Shown here: positions 36,358-49,015 of the stretch, piece by piece
How the letters are laid out: every line of letters starts with the position of its first letter
Position numbering within the stretch: the first letter of the stretch is position 1
Assembly (NCBI RefSeq): GCF_963921235.1
Contig: NC_086098.1
Coordinates: forward strand, 6,200,001-6,264,000
DNA from: Mobula hypostoma
Lineage: Eukaryota
Reading direction: 5' to 3'
DNA: 64,000 nt
Program-made: the position numbers and the translations under genes
The notes under the pieces: model-generated
Seen by the model: only the letters and a program-made list of their open reading frames with translations
Databases searched by the model: none
What the model was told of the DNA's origin: nothing

Positions 36358-36900
36358 TACACTCAGTGGCTAATTTTTAGGCACCTCCTGTATCTAATAA
36401 AGTGGCCACTGAGTGTACTTTCATGGTCTTCTGCAGATGTAGCCCATCCACTCCAAGATTCAACATGCTGTGAATTCAGAGATGCTTTTCTGCATACCAC
36501 TGCATGGTTATTTGTTTTACTGTCACATTGAACCGGTCTAGCCATTCTCCCTGACCTCTCTCATTAGCAAGGAGTTTTCACCCACAGAACCATCACTAAC
36601 TAGATGGGTTTTGTTATTTGCACCATTCTCTGTAAACTCTAGATTGTTGTGCATGAAAGTCCCAGGAGATCAGCAGTTTCTAAGATATTCAAACTACCCC
36701 ATCCGGCACCAACAATCTTTCCACGGTCGAAGTCACTTAGATCACATTCCTCTCCCATTCTGACATTTGGGTCTGAACAACTGAACCTCTTGACCATGTC
36801 TGCATGTTTTTTTGTGTTGAGTTGCTGCCCCATGACTGGTTGATTAGATATTTGCATTAATGAGTAGGTGTACAGGTGTACCTAATAAAGTGGTCACTGA
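36358..36900. mobile_element. Tc1/mariner-like MITE, near complete
   Basis: TA|CACTCAGTGGC.. at the left, ..CTAATAAAGTGGTCACTGA at the right, with an extra internal TIR copy at about 36395-36417. Confidence 0.8.
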
Positions 36901-37434
36901 TTGAATTTTGAATGGAAGGTTTCTTCTGTCATCTCATCTCTGGTCTGTTGAAGTCTATCTAAAAAGTGCTTTGTCGCGTGTTCATTTTCAGAGGTAGCTT
37001 CAATCCTTGTGGTGTACTTCTCAATTACTAGTGTTACTATACAATTGAGAGAGATGGCCTGGATATACAAGATTTATTTCCCTTGGAGCAGATGAGACTG
37101 AGGGAGGTGATTTAGACATAGATCAAATGGAGGTATACCAAATTATGAGATCCACAGATGAAGCCTGGTAGGGAAACACCAATGACCCTGAACGGAAAAT
37201 CCTACAAAAGGTAGTTTCAGTCCATCATGAGTAAGGTCCTTCCCACCACTGAGCATTGTTGGAGGAAAGCAGCATTAGTCATCAAGGACTCCCACTACTG
37301 ATCATGCTCTCTTCTCACTGCTGCCATCACGAAGAAGGTACAGGAGCCTCAGGGCTCTCACCACCAGGTTCAGGAACAGTTATTTATTTATTACCCCTCA
37401 ACCATCAACTGTGCCCTCTCGTGTTATGGCTAAC

Positions 37435-37712
37435 ACGACAGGGCACAGTTTTAAGGTGCTTGGAAGCAGCTACAGAGGAGATGTCAGTGGTAAGTTTTTT
37501 ACTCAGAGTGTTGAGAGCGTGGAATGGGCTGCCGGCGACGGTGGTGGAGGCAGATACGATAGGGTCTTTTAAGAAACTCCTGGATAGGCACATGGAGCTT
37601 AGAAAAATGTGGGTATCTCTAGGTAATTTCTATAGTAGGGACATGTTCGGCACAGCTTTGTGGGCTGAAGGGCCTGTATTGTGCTGTAGGTTTTCTATGT
37701 TTCTATGTTTCT
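37435..37712 (+). mobile_element. CR1 3' end among Rex1 fragments (about 37220-37830)
   Basis: AWNGLPATVVEADTIGSFKKLLD; CR1 tail. Confidence 0.8.
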
Positions 37713-38793
37713 AAGACAACTTGAGCAAAGAACAAAATATATAAGTAATATTGAGAACATGAATTACAGAGTTTCTGAAAGTGAGTCTGTAGTTCGTAGG
37801 ATCAGTTCAGTGTTGGGCAAGAGACCCGAAAGCTGCTGTACCTCTGCCCTAATCGTATTCATGAGAATAGTGCAGGGGATAACTCACACAACATTAAGAA
37901 TCATTGAGATGAGCATTTGACTTGCCCAGGGATAGTTAGTATGGCCCAATGCTGGTAAATATAGATGAGTACTTGGCAATCAGCATTGGACATGGTGCTG
38001 CAAAGGACCTAATTCCAGTGCCCTATGACTCTGCTCTTTAAATGTGCTTTGGGGTACACTGTGGTTATAGAAGATGCTATGTAAATGTAAATTGCTTTTT
38101 GGTCTCGATATAGTTTTAACTAACTTCTTCATGCAATATTGTGTTGTTCTAGAAATGAACCTGTTCTTTATCATCATGCCTAATCAACTTGTATTACTGC
38201 TGGAAGGGATTTGTGTATCTGTATTCCCAGATCTTTTCTCTACCCAATTTAGTTTCTTACCTTATAGGGAATAAGTGGCCTCTTTAACTCTCCAACCAAA
38301 ATAAGCTTCATTCCATTGAATTTTCTTTGTTAACTCTGCACCAAATCTCCAAGTGCACTTTTGATAACTTGTATTTTGGTGTAGTCCCATATGATTCACA
38401 TTAACAAAACTTACATTTATTATCTTATGTAAATTTTAACATTATACTTTCAATTTCTGAGATTAAATCATTCATAGTTATGGTGAGCCATTGTTCTTAG
38501 CTTGGATTCATAGTTTGCTCATTTAAGAAACATCCATTTCCTGACTATTTTTCTCATTTTGTAGCCATTTTTAAAACCAAAACCTCGGTTAAGAGTTAGT
38601 TATATTCTGTCATATCTAAAGACTTCTAAATCAAGTAAACAACATCACATCATCGTTAACTTATACTTTACACATTTATTATATTATTATTTTTATTTAT
38701 TTAGAGATAAAGCATAGAACAGGTCCTTCTAGCTCAACAATCTACCAATTTAATACTAGACTACCTGACAGGACAATTTACTATAGCCAATTA

Positions 38794-39259
38794 TGTTTTA
38801 TTTTGGTAACTCCAAATATTAATCACCAAGAAAAACAAAAGAGTTGGGAAATGTGTCTACTTAGTTTCACTTTAGTAAGTCACATACATGTCACATGAAT
38901 ACATCATTCATGTATTTTTACATATTACCCAAAATGAATTATGTAAACAAAGAATGCTTAATCAAGCAATATATTTACAATATTATACAAACTTTACTGA
39001 AATATTAAATACTCCTTCTTTTTCTTGGGCCTTTATCTCCCAGTGGAGCATAGGCCATTGATGGCCTCCCGTCTCCATTGTTCAAAGTCGATGGTCTGGT
39101 TGGAGTTGATCAGTGTTTCTGTAGTCCATTGTATCCCCTGTACAGGGGATTAGCCTGTGCATCTTCACCAGAGACCTGGTGGCCGGACTTACCCATTTCC
39201 ACCTCTCACAACGGGTACGTATGGTTAGACTTTGAGAAACAAATTTTAAACACACTACA
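38794..39259. mobile_element. Probable solo LTR with a nested RTE-type short element (about 39013-39240, minus)
   Basis: TGT..ACA termini, 5-bp TSD AATTA at 38789-38793 and 39260-39264; nested piece ends GGCCTATGCTCCACTGGGAGATAAAGG..AAAAAGAAG on minus. Confidence 0.6.
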
Positions 39260-39273
39260 AATTAAAGATGACA

Positions 39274-39820
39274 GCATGGTAGCCTAGCGGTTAGCACAAC
39301 ACCTTACAGTACCAGCGACCAGGCTTCAATTCTCTTCACACAGCAATGTAGTGGTTAGCACAACGCTTTACAGTACCAGTGACCCGGGTTCAATTCTCAG
39401 AGCACGGTAGTGTAGTGGTTAGCACAATGCTTTACAGTACCAATCGCACTATAGTGTAGTGGTTAGCACAAAGTTTTACAGTACCAGCGACCTGGGTTCA
39501 GTTTTCTTCGCATGGTAGTGTAGTGGTTAGCACAACGCTCTACAGTACCAGTGACCCGGGTTCAATTCACACCACTGTCTGAAGGGAGTTTGTACGTTCT
39601 CCCTATGACCGTGTGGGTTTCCTCCTGGTGCTCTGGTTTCCTCCCACAGTTCAAAGACGTAGCAGTTGGTAGGTTCATTAGTCATTGTAAATTGCCCTGT
39701 GATTAGGCTGGGGACAAATCGGAGGTTGCAGGGCAGCACGGCTCAAAGGGCTGGATCTTAATAAATGAATAAAGAAACAAACAATTAAACAAACAATCAA
39801 ATAAATAAATAAACAAACTT
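39274..39820 (+). mobile_element. HE1/V-SINE with five tandem tRNA-derived heads
   Basis: Heads start at about 39274, 39338, 39402, 39446 and 39510; one V-domain at about 39612-39650; A-rich tail. An opposed V-SINE remnant lies at about 39830-39975. Confidence 0.88.
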
Positions 39821-41062
39821 ATTAATCCAAGTGCTAACCGGTGTATCTTTGGACAGCTTAAGGAAACTGGAGCACCTGGAGGACACCCATGCACACACAG
39901 GGAGAATTGAACTCTGAACTTTGACATCCCAAGCTGTTACAGTGTCATGCTAACTGATAGACTACCATGTGGCCCTTCTATTATAACAGGAATCTTCTGT
40001 TCCTTTTCCCTCTTCAGTGAGGTCAGTAAAATATTGATTAAGTGTCTAATTCCATTCACACATTTGTTTGATTAATTTTATTATATTTTCATCCCCAGAT
40101 TACTTCTCTGTCCTTTTTTTTAATAAAGATTCTTGTACTTTTGTGCCACTGACATTAGACTGTTCTATAATTTCCTGCAACAATTCTACTGCCCCTATTG
40201 AAATTCAGTATTATGATTACCGTCTCTCAGTTGCTTGACGTTATTTTTCTTTTTTGACTTTAGTGCCTCTGTGATAACTCCGCACCCCTGTTTCCCCTAA
40301 CCCTCGGAGATTATCTGAGAATCTGTGCAAGTATTTCTTTTAAATGGATCAGTTCTGTTGCTGAAAACCAGAATGATATTTGTTGTTACTCCATCCCAGC
40401 TCCGCATCCTGTCAATATCCCGTTGTAACCTATGACAACTTTCTACACGATCCACTACTTCACCTGCATTCTAATTCCTGGGAATTTACTGCCCTGACAT
40501 TTTAGACCTCGAAATCTGAGGCCTGTTGGCAACTTTTAAACTTCGTTTGAGCAAATAACACAGGATAAAATACAAAGCAATTGAGTACAAGAATGAGGAA
40601 TTAAAAAATAAATAAATAGAAACATTGTCTGTCTTGGTTGTAGTTACACGAACTCCCACAGGCACGTCTCAAACTCTGGAGATCTATATCAAAATGCAAA
40701 AATCTATTGATGTGGAGTTTTAAGGCTTTTTTCTGCAAACTCACTGTCTGATGAAGTTGTAATTACGATGACAAAACACGGCTAGGATTGCAGAGGGCAG
40801 TTGTTCTTCACAATACCAACTGTGTTTTTCATGATAATTAGACTTCTGTGATATACTACACACTTTAAGGAGGCAGCTTACACTATAATCAATGGATTTT
40901 ATATCATAATACACAAGCACACCGCTTGGCTCGTAAATGAAGAATTCCTTTCAGCTGTTGGGAAAACGTTACTGGGAATCGCAATGCTTGATTGTTACGG
41001 GGAATAAGCACTGCAGAGAATTTACTTACAGTGCTATCACCATCTCAGACAGAGTGATTAAT

Positions 41063-41725
41063 AACACGAGAGATTCTGCAGATGCTGGAAATCCAAAGCA
41101 ACACAGACAAAGTGCTGGAAAAACTCAAGCAGCATCTATGGTAATGAGTAAAGTGTCTACATTTCAGGCCGAAACTCTTCATCAGACAGGATCTCCCAGT
41201 AGCCACCCACTTCAACCCTGCTTCCCACTCCCATTCAGATATGTCCATACATGGCCTCCTCTACTGCCATGATGAGGCTAAACTCAGGTTGGAGGAGCAA
41301 TACCTCATATACCATCTAGGTAGTCTCCAGCCCCTTGGTATGAACATAGAATTCTCCAACTTCCAGTAATTCCCTCCCCCTCCCTTCCCCTATCCCTATG
41401 TCACTCTGTCCCCTCCCCCAGCTACCTATCACCTCCCTCATGGTTCCGCCTCCTTCTACTACCCATTGTGTTTTCCCGTATTCTTTCTTCACCTTTCCTG
41501 CCTATCACCTCCCTGCTTCCCCTCCCCCCCACCCCTTTATCTTTCCCCTTACGGGTTTTTCACCTGGAACCTACCAGCCTTCTCCTTCCCACCCTCCCCC
41601 ACCTTCTTTATAGGGCCTCTGCCCCTTCCCCCTATAGTCCTGACGAAGGGTACCGGCCTGAAACATCGACCGATCTTTTCCATAGATGCTGCCCGACCTG
41701 CTGAGTTCCTCCAGCGGGTTGTGAG
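41063..41725. mobile_element. Two opposed Penelope 3' ends (minus 41063-41187; plus 41188-41725)
   Basis: GIY-YIG C-terminus plus tail on plus, with hammerhead motif at 41636-41671; a second tail on minus ends at its hammerhead. Confidence 0.85.
41636..41671 (+). ncRNA. Hammerhead ribozyme motif (AUC site, stem III palindrome broken)
   Basis: AGTC-CTGACGA-AGGGTACCGGCCT-GAAACATC-GACC. Confidence 0.7.
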
Positions 41726-42468
41726 AGATCAAGATCTGGCATGTGGTCTGATCCCATAGCCTTTGCTGTGAGTTTTTGTGTCATCTCTGAGAATATGATC
41801 TTCACACATAATTTCCATCAAAAAAAAACAAAGGCTGGGCTGGAGCATTGAAGATAGTGGTGAATTTATCACAGTCTTTGTAAAAGTTCCAAAATGCTAT
41901 ACGTTTCCCAGTGCCTCATGAAGAACCTTTACTGATAGGAGAACAACTGATAGGACAGCAGCATTGCAGCGGACTTTGGTCATGTGGACATTAAGTACAA
42001 TGCTTATCAACTTATATGCTTCAGAGAACAAGTCCATGTGAGCAGGAGGCATGAGAGCCAGTGAACTCTCAGGTCAGCGAGGTCTGAACATCGAAGTCCC
42101 ATTATCAATGAGTCTGAAAGTTTGGAGTGATTCTGGAGTGTAATATCATTGGTTCTCAAGATCAGCTGTACTCTCACAGCAAGGTGTAGAATGGAGCCGT
42201 TTTGTTTGAGTCCACTCTTCAATAAGATCGGAGACACAAGTGATGCAGAACTTTGAGCCAAACATCGATAATTCCTTTCCGCCCATAGATGTTGCTCAGC
42301 CTGCTGAGTTTCTCCAAGAGATTGTTTGTTGCTTCACTGAAATTTGTTCTTCTGTCAGCTTATTGGTTAGATTCACAGTTTGTAACATAAGGTGTCTTAG
42401 GGGTCTAATTTGTATGGAGTAAGGTCCCAGAAAGAGGCTGTAACAACTAACAGAAATTTTGCTTTTAA

Positions 42469-43282
42469 GCAACACACACAAAATGCTGGTGAACGCAGCA
42501 GGCCAGGCAGCATCTCTAGGAAGAGGTGCATTCAACGTTTCAGGCCGAGACCCTTTGTCAGGACTAACTGAAAGAAGAGATAGTAAGAGATTTGAAAGTG
42601 GGAGGGGGAGGGGGAGATCCGAAATGATAGGAGAAGACAGGAGGGGGAGGGATGGAGCCAAGAGCTGGACAGGTGATTGGCAAAAGGGATATGAGAGGAT
42701 CATAGGACAGGAGGCCCGGGAAGAAGGAAAAGGGGGAGGGGGAGGGAATCCAGAGGATGGGCAAGGGGTATAGTCAGAGAGACAGAGGGAGAAAAAGGAG
42801 AGAGAGAGAAAGAATGTGTGTATATAAATAAATAACGGATGGGGTACGAGGGGGAGGTGGGGCATTAGCGGAAGTTAGAGAAGTCAATGTTCATGCCATC
42901 AGGTTGGAGGCTACCCAGATGGAATATAAGGTGTTCCTCCAACCTGAGTGTGGCTTCATCTTGACAGTAGAGGAGGCCATGAATAGACATATCAGAATGG
43001 GAATGGGATGTGGAATTAAAATATGTGGTCACTGGGAGATCCTGCTTTCTCTGGCGGACAGAGCGTAGGTTTTCAGCAAAACGATCTCCCAGTCTGCGTC
43101 AGGTCTTGCCAATATATAGAAGGTCACATCGGGAGCACCGGACGCAGTATATCGTCCTTCCAGGTGAGGTGACACTTCACCTGTGAGTCAGTTGGGGTGA
43201 TATACTGCATCCGGTGCTCCCGATGTGACCTTCTATATATTGGCGAGACCAATTTCCAGCATCTGCAGATTTCCTCGTGTTT
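42469..43282 (-). mobile_element. Penelope 3' fragment with inversion/duplication
   Basis: 42469-43153 is closely similar to 27835-28520; 43154-43250 is GIY-YIG sequence on the opposite strand; hammerhead 42530-42565 has the core mutation CTGACAA. Confidence 0.9.
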
Positions 43283-43569
43283 GAGAAGTATTAATTTAAT
43301 GATTTTATTTTACAGATTGAGGTCTTCTGGATGTGGCAAATTTGCCCAGAAGTCAAAATTGCATCAAATCATGTTTCAGTCCTCCAGGCACCTCAGAGAG
43401 AACCTCAAGGTTTATGCTCAATTCTTCCACAGATTTGACGTTCATCTCGCTCTGAGCTGCATTGAACCAAAGCTCGTGTTGCCCGACAGGACAATTGTGG
43501 AATGAACATCAGTGAGCTCAGTCCAATATGGGAGTAAAATCAATTAGATACCATTTAATGAGAGGGAAA

Positions 43570-43985
43570 TACACTCAGTGGCCACTTTATTAGGAACACC
43601 TTGCTTGTTAATGTAAATATCTAATCAGCCAATCACGTGGCAGTAACTCAGTCTATAAAAGCATGCAGACATGATTAAGATGTTTAGTTGTTGTTCAGAC
43701 CAAACATCAGAATAGGGGGAAGAAATGGGATCTAAGTAATTTTGACTGTTGGTTCCACATGGAGTGATTTGGTTATCTCAGAAACTGCTGATCTCCTGGG
43801 ATTTTCATTGACAAATTCTTTCGAGTTTACAGAGAGTGATATGAAAAGCAAAAACAAAAGTAGCTGGGCTGCAACAGAAGAAGCAGTAAGCGAAATAGCT
43901 TCATGCAGGATGCAGGATGTAGCATTTGGTTCACTGGCACTATCTTGTCATCTTGTACCTACCAAGGAGGCCAGTGAGTGTGTGT
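43570..43985. mobile_element. Tc1/mariner-like MITE remnant (opposite orientation to 36358-36900)
   Basis: TA|CACTCAGTGGCCACTTTATTAG. Confidence 0.75.
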
Positions 43986-44264
43986 CTAATTTATTTTGTG
44001 TAATTCACTAACCATGGTATTGCCCTCCGTGTGGGCACAAAGGTCAATCAATTTAGAGTCTTTTTTTTTGGAATTCCAAAGATCCACAGGCTTCAACTCA
44101 CTCAACAGGATTTGTATCATCCTTGCACAATAAAGCTCATGAATATAGGGTGTTTGAATCCCTTTACTAGAGACACTGCATATTGATGACATTGCATTGA
44201 CAATTAGATTGAAGGATAAGTAACTAAGTGGGTAACTGTTCAACTATAGGAGTGGCCGATGTAA

Positions 44265-44530
44265 AATTGGAGTTCAATTCTCGCCACTGCCTGTAAAGAC
44301 ATACAATGTACTCCTCGTGACCCTGTGGGTTTTCTCCCGGTGCTGCAGTTTCCTCCCACATTCCAAAGACATTTAGGGTTAGTAAGTTGTGGGCATGCTA
44401 TATTGGCATTAGAAGCATGGCAACAATTGTGGACTGTGTTGATCGTTAATACAAATGATGCATTTCACTATATGTTTCAATATTTCAATGTACATGTGAC
44501 AACTAAAACAAATTGACTCTAATCTAATCT
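44265..44530 (+). mobile_element. V-SINE fragment with a LINE-like tail
   Basis: GTTCAATTC B-box and GTGGGTTTTCTCCCGGTGCTGCAGTTTCCTCCCACA. Confidence 0.7.
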
Positions 44531-44644
44531 AATAATTCAGATTTCTGATTTGGTGGTCTAAGTTCCACCCCAAGAGTGCAGTTGGGGTATAGGCATTATG
44601 ATGTAATGACTCTAAATTTAGCATAAAACCATAGGGCAAATATG

Positions 44645-45500
44645 TTGACGGCTCTTTTCTTGTTCTTCCCATTCAGCTGGCTCTTTAGGATCTGTCTCAC
44701 TCCTTGGAGGTACTTGGATGTTGCAGCCTTCCTTCTGTCCTCATATGTCTTCCATGCACCTGCAGGATCTCCAGGTATTCGTAACTGTCCCGTACATCTG
44801 GTATGTGGCCTTCAGGTAATTCAACGCCCTCAATATTGATGGGTTTGCCTATTTTCACTACCATCTGGCTGAACTTTTCCAGTCCAAATGACATCCCGAG
44901 GTTTCTGCTGCACACCCTGTCAGTTGGATTAGTGAGTCAATGTGTCTTTCATTTCTGGCAGACAGTTTGATGTCATCCATGTACAGGAGGTGGCTGATGG
45001 TCACTACACTCTTGAACCTGTACCCATATCTACTCTTTGAGATGATCTGGCTGAGGAGATTCAAGCCTATGCAGAACAGCAGTGGAGATAGTGCATCACC
45101 CTGGTATATTCCACATCTGATGCTCACTTGTGCTATTGGCTTTGAGTTAACTTCTAGCATTGTTCTCCAACAGCCCAATGAGTTTGTGATGAAGGTCTTT
45201 AGTGTCTTGTTGACCTGGTACAGAGACAGGCATTCTTGGATCCATGCATGGGGCATTGAGTTGTATGCTTTCTGGTAGTCGATCCAGGCTGTGCTTAGGT
45301 TGGCTTGTCTGATCTTGGAGTCTCACATGACTGCTTTCTCTACCAGTAGTTGGTGGTTGGAGCACATGGTTCCATTACCAATCCCCCTTTGAGAAGGACT
45401 CAGGAATTTACACACATGTTCCTTCAGCTTGGTGACTATGATGCCTGATAAGAGCTTCCACACTGTTGACAAGCAAGTTATAGGCTGGTAGTTCGATGGT
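44645..45500 (-). mobile_element. R4-clade (Dong/Rex6-like) non-LTR RT fragment
   Basis: NYQPITCLSTVWKLL, WIDYQKAYNSMPH, GIYQGDALSPLLF, SHLLYMDDIKL, GMSFGLEK. Confidence 0.8.
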
Positions 45501-46529
45501 GCTGAGGAAAAAGGTATTGAGGTAGTGTTCATGGATTCAAATTCCATTCATAAATCTGATGGTAGAAGGGAAGAAGCTGTTGCTGAATCATTGAGTACGT
45601 GCCCCCAGGCTCTTGTAACTTCTCTTTGATGGTAGCAATGAGGAGACAGCATGTCCTGGGTGATGGGGGTCCTTAATGAAGGATGCCTTTTTTGAGGTAT
45701 CGCTCCTTGAAAATGTCCGGGATACTACGGTCCAGGTGCAGATTGATGAGAAGAGGTAAAATAATAGTATGGCATAGACTATATGGGCCAAAAGGCCAGT
45801 TTCTGTGCTGTAATGTTCTATGACTCTATGACTCCATATATCTGTGGAATATTGCTAGTCACTTCATCCCAATGTGAATACAAACCCTCATCCCTATTTT
45901 AAACAATAGAGATGTTTAATAAGTTCAGTTCCATGAGGTTTCACTTTAACTAATATTTTCCAACGTATATCTTTATAATGCCTTCCATATAGGCTACATC
46001 AATGGAAAATCTCTTGTCTCCAACAAAATGTATTTGCTCTCAAAATATTATTTCTGTAGAAACTGATCCCAAATCCTGCATCTGATTAGACTGATGCAGG
46101 AGCTCACTTATTTGACCAGATGCTGAGAGCCTGTGGTGGAAAAAAAGATTGTTTATTATTAAATAACAAAGAATAAATATAAAATCAGATTTATTATTGT
46201 TTATATTTATTTTTATTATTTTAAATATGTTATGTGTTTTAGTTAGCTTTATTTTGTGAAAGTCTATAAGTCATAATATTTATTAAATGGTTCTGAACTT
46301 CAGCTGTTTTCAACAGAACAACCATCTTGGAAAGACAGCAAAGATGATATATGATTTTGTGGTCTGTCTAAATTTTTGAGAGAAGTACTGTGACTGGACC
46401 TTCCTCAGGCCCATGTAAGACACTGGATTATGTTTATCAGGACACATCTTTATGTTGGATGCCTTACTGGAGAGATTGGTCATAGAGATTTGTAGAAAGT
46501 AAACTTTGGGAGACTGAGAATACGGGTAA

Positions 46530-47030
46530 GAAGACCATAAAACGATAAGATATAGGAGTAGAATTAGGTCATTTGAGCCATCATGTCTGCTCTGCCATTT
46601 CATCATGGCTGATCCATTTCCCCCCTCAGTTCCTACCTTTTCCTCATATTCCTTCATGCCCTGTCTAATCAAGAATCTGTCAACCTCTTCCTTAAATATA
46701 CCCAATGATTTGGCATACACAGGTGCCTGTGGCAATGAATTCCACAGATTCACTACTCACTGGCTGAAGAAATTTCTCCTCATCTCCATTTTAAAAAGCT
46801 GTGTTCTCTTGCCTTCGACTCCCCACCATAGGAAACATCCTCTCCACATCCACTCTGTCCAGGGCTTTCAACATTAGATAGGTTTCAATGAGATCCCCCC
46901 AACCCGTTCTTCCGTGTTCCAGTGAATACAGGGGTCAGAGCATCAAATGTTCTTCATATGATAAGCCTTTCATGAACCTCCTTTGAACCCTCTCCAATGT
47001 CAGCATATCTTTTCTGCCCAAAACTGCTCA
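46530..47030 (-). mobile_element. CR1 3' end fragment
   Basis: NLWNSLPQA..LGIFKEEVDRFL. Confidence 0.8.
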
Positions 47031-48344
47031 ACTTTGGAAAATCTGCATTAATAGGTTTCATTTGTATTCTTCTCTATGTCGGCTATTTAAGAGTGCACAT
47101 CAATCTTAAATATCCTTAATTTTCCACATTGCAAAAAAAACATGTGGAAATTGACATCCTGTACGTTTCTATCCAAATTTCTTTTTGCAGTTTTTATTAC
47201 CTCTTTTATCTTCTGTTATGGTTCATTAACCCTCTTTGCTGCTTGAAATGACACTATTCTTTGTCCTTTTTGCTGGTTTGGTGTTATCTTTCACTTATTT
47301 TATTGACCATAGCTGTTTAATTTAGTTAGAGAGCTCCTGCCCTTTGGAGAGGGTCACCTGACATAGTCTCATATGTAGCTTCATCCACTGTCTTGAGATC
47401 CTACTCATGCTCTGAAAGTTAATTTATCCAGTCTTAGGAAATGCAGTGACTCTATTACATATCTCATTTCCAAAGTTTAGAAGTCTGCCAAATCACATTT
47501 CGCTGATGTTACTAATAATGGCTCTTTCCACATCATTAACTCTTGTTGATTCTGGATGAGTGCTGTTCATTTCAGTGACATCAGAATTGTCCTCTCATTG
47601 GAATTTTGCAGTTGACAACTGAACTGTCTCTGAGAATGCTGGGGGAAGAGACTAAGGAATATTCAACAGGTTGGTACGGTAGTGCGGTTGTTAGCACAAC
47701 ACTTTGTCGTTGTTGTTTCTTTACACACTTGTGGCGCACTGGACTGTATTTTTGCTGTTTCCTTAGCATTTGCCTGTTTCTTTAAGGCTGGTGCTCAAGG
47801 CTCAAGCTATAGCACAGATGGAAAGCGAGCAGGTAGCCAGCTGGGTTCATGCCCGGGACCATTTACCTCAAAGTCTGGGAGTGACACCACTACACCACTG
47901 GCTGGTAAGCACAATATTTTGCGGTACTTGCAGATTTAGTGGAGGGCAAGCTGTCTCCAACGTAGCAGCCACCCCCCCACTCCCCCCCCCCCACAGTTGC
48001 CACTCAGGATATACGGTATGTATGCAGTGCAAGAAGGGAGCAAAGATAGTCAGGTATTGTCCATGGTCCGTTCAGAAGAACTGAACAGAACAAGCACAAA
48101 GCATGGCCCCTGTGGGGATCGGGGATCTTCAACATTTTTCTTTCTCTTCTCACTGCTCTCATTTGGAAAACAGTCAAATGCAAGCAGGCTTTTTCCATTG
48201 AGGTTGGGTGGCACTACAACCAGAGGTCATGGGTTAAGGGTGAAAGGTGAAAAGTTTAAGGGAACATGAGGGGAGACTTCTTCACTCAGAGGGTCCTGAG
48301 AGTGTGGAATGAGCTGCCAGCGCAAGTGGTCCGCGCAAGATCGA

Positions 48345-49015
48345 TTTTTTTTTAGATTATGAGAACACTCAGTCCTCTTTTATTGTCATTTAGAAATGCA
48401 TACATGCATTAAGAAATGATACAATGTTTCTCTGGCGTGATATGACAGGAAACAAGACAGACCAAAGGCTAACACTGACAAAACCACATAATTATAACAT
48501 ATAGTTACAGCAGTGCAAAGCAATACCATAATTAGATAAAGAACAGTCCAAAGGCACTGTAAAAAAAATAGTCTCAAAGTCCCGAGTCGATCGACTCCCG
48601 AATCCCCGACAGCGGCGGCAAAAAGGAGAAACTCCCTGCCATAAACCTCCAGGCACCGTCAACTTGCCGATACCTTGGAAGCAGCCGACCACAGCCGACA
48701 CTGAGTCCGTCCGTCCAAAAACTCCGAGCTTCTGAGCAGCCTCTCCAATACATCCTCCCGAGTGCCTTTGACCTCACCCCAGCCGCTGAAACACGCAAAG
48801 CCGAGGATTTCGAGGCCTTCAGCTCCAGAGATTCCGGTTACCACACAGTAGCAGCGGTAGCAAAGCAGACATTTCAGAAGATTTCCAGATGTTCTGCTAT
48901 GCTCTCACATCCATCTCCATCAAATCACAGGATTGTGCACGGTCCCCTGCTTGGCAGATAACAGATATTCATCGCCGGAGAGGCCGCGCGCGCTGTCGTT
49001 GCGCCGCCATCTTCT
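48345..49015 (-). mobile_element. Non-coding, CpG-rich non-autonomous retroelement nested in a CR1 3' end (48170-49195)
   Basis: Minus strand starts GAAGATGGCGGCG and ends AATAAA..poly(A); GATTT on both flanks; tail shared with 14335-14398. Confidence 0.7.

Noticed and set aside
39274..39575. tRNA gene cluster
   Set aside because: Heads lack complete acceptor stems and lead into a V-SINE body.
43316..43410. Possible coding exon after TTTTATTTTACAG
   Set aside because: Weak donor, unrecognisable translation, no partner exons.
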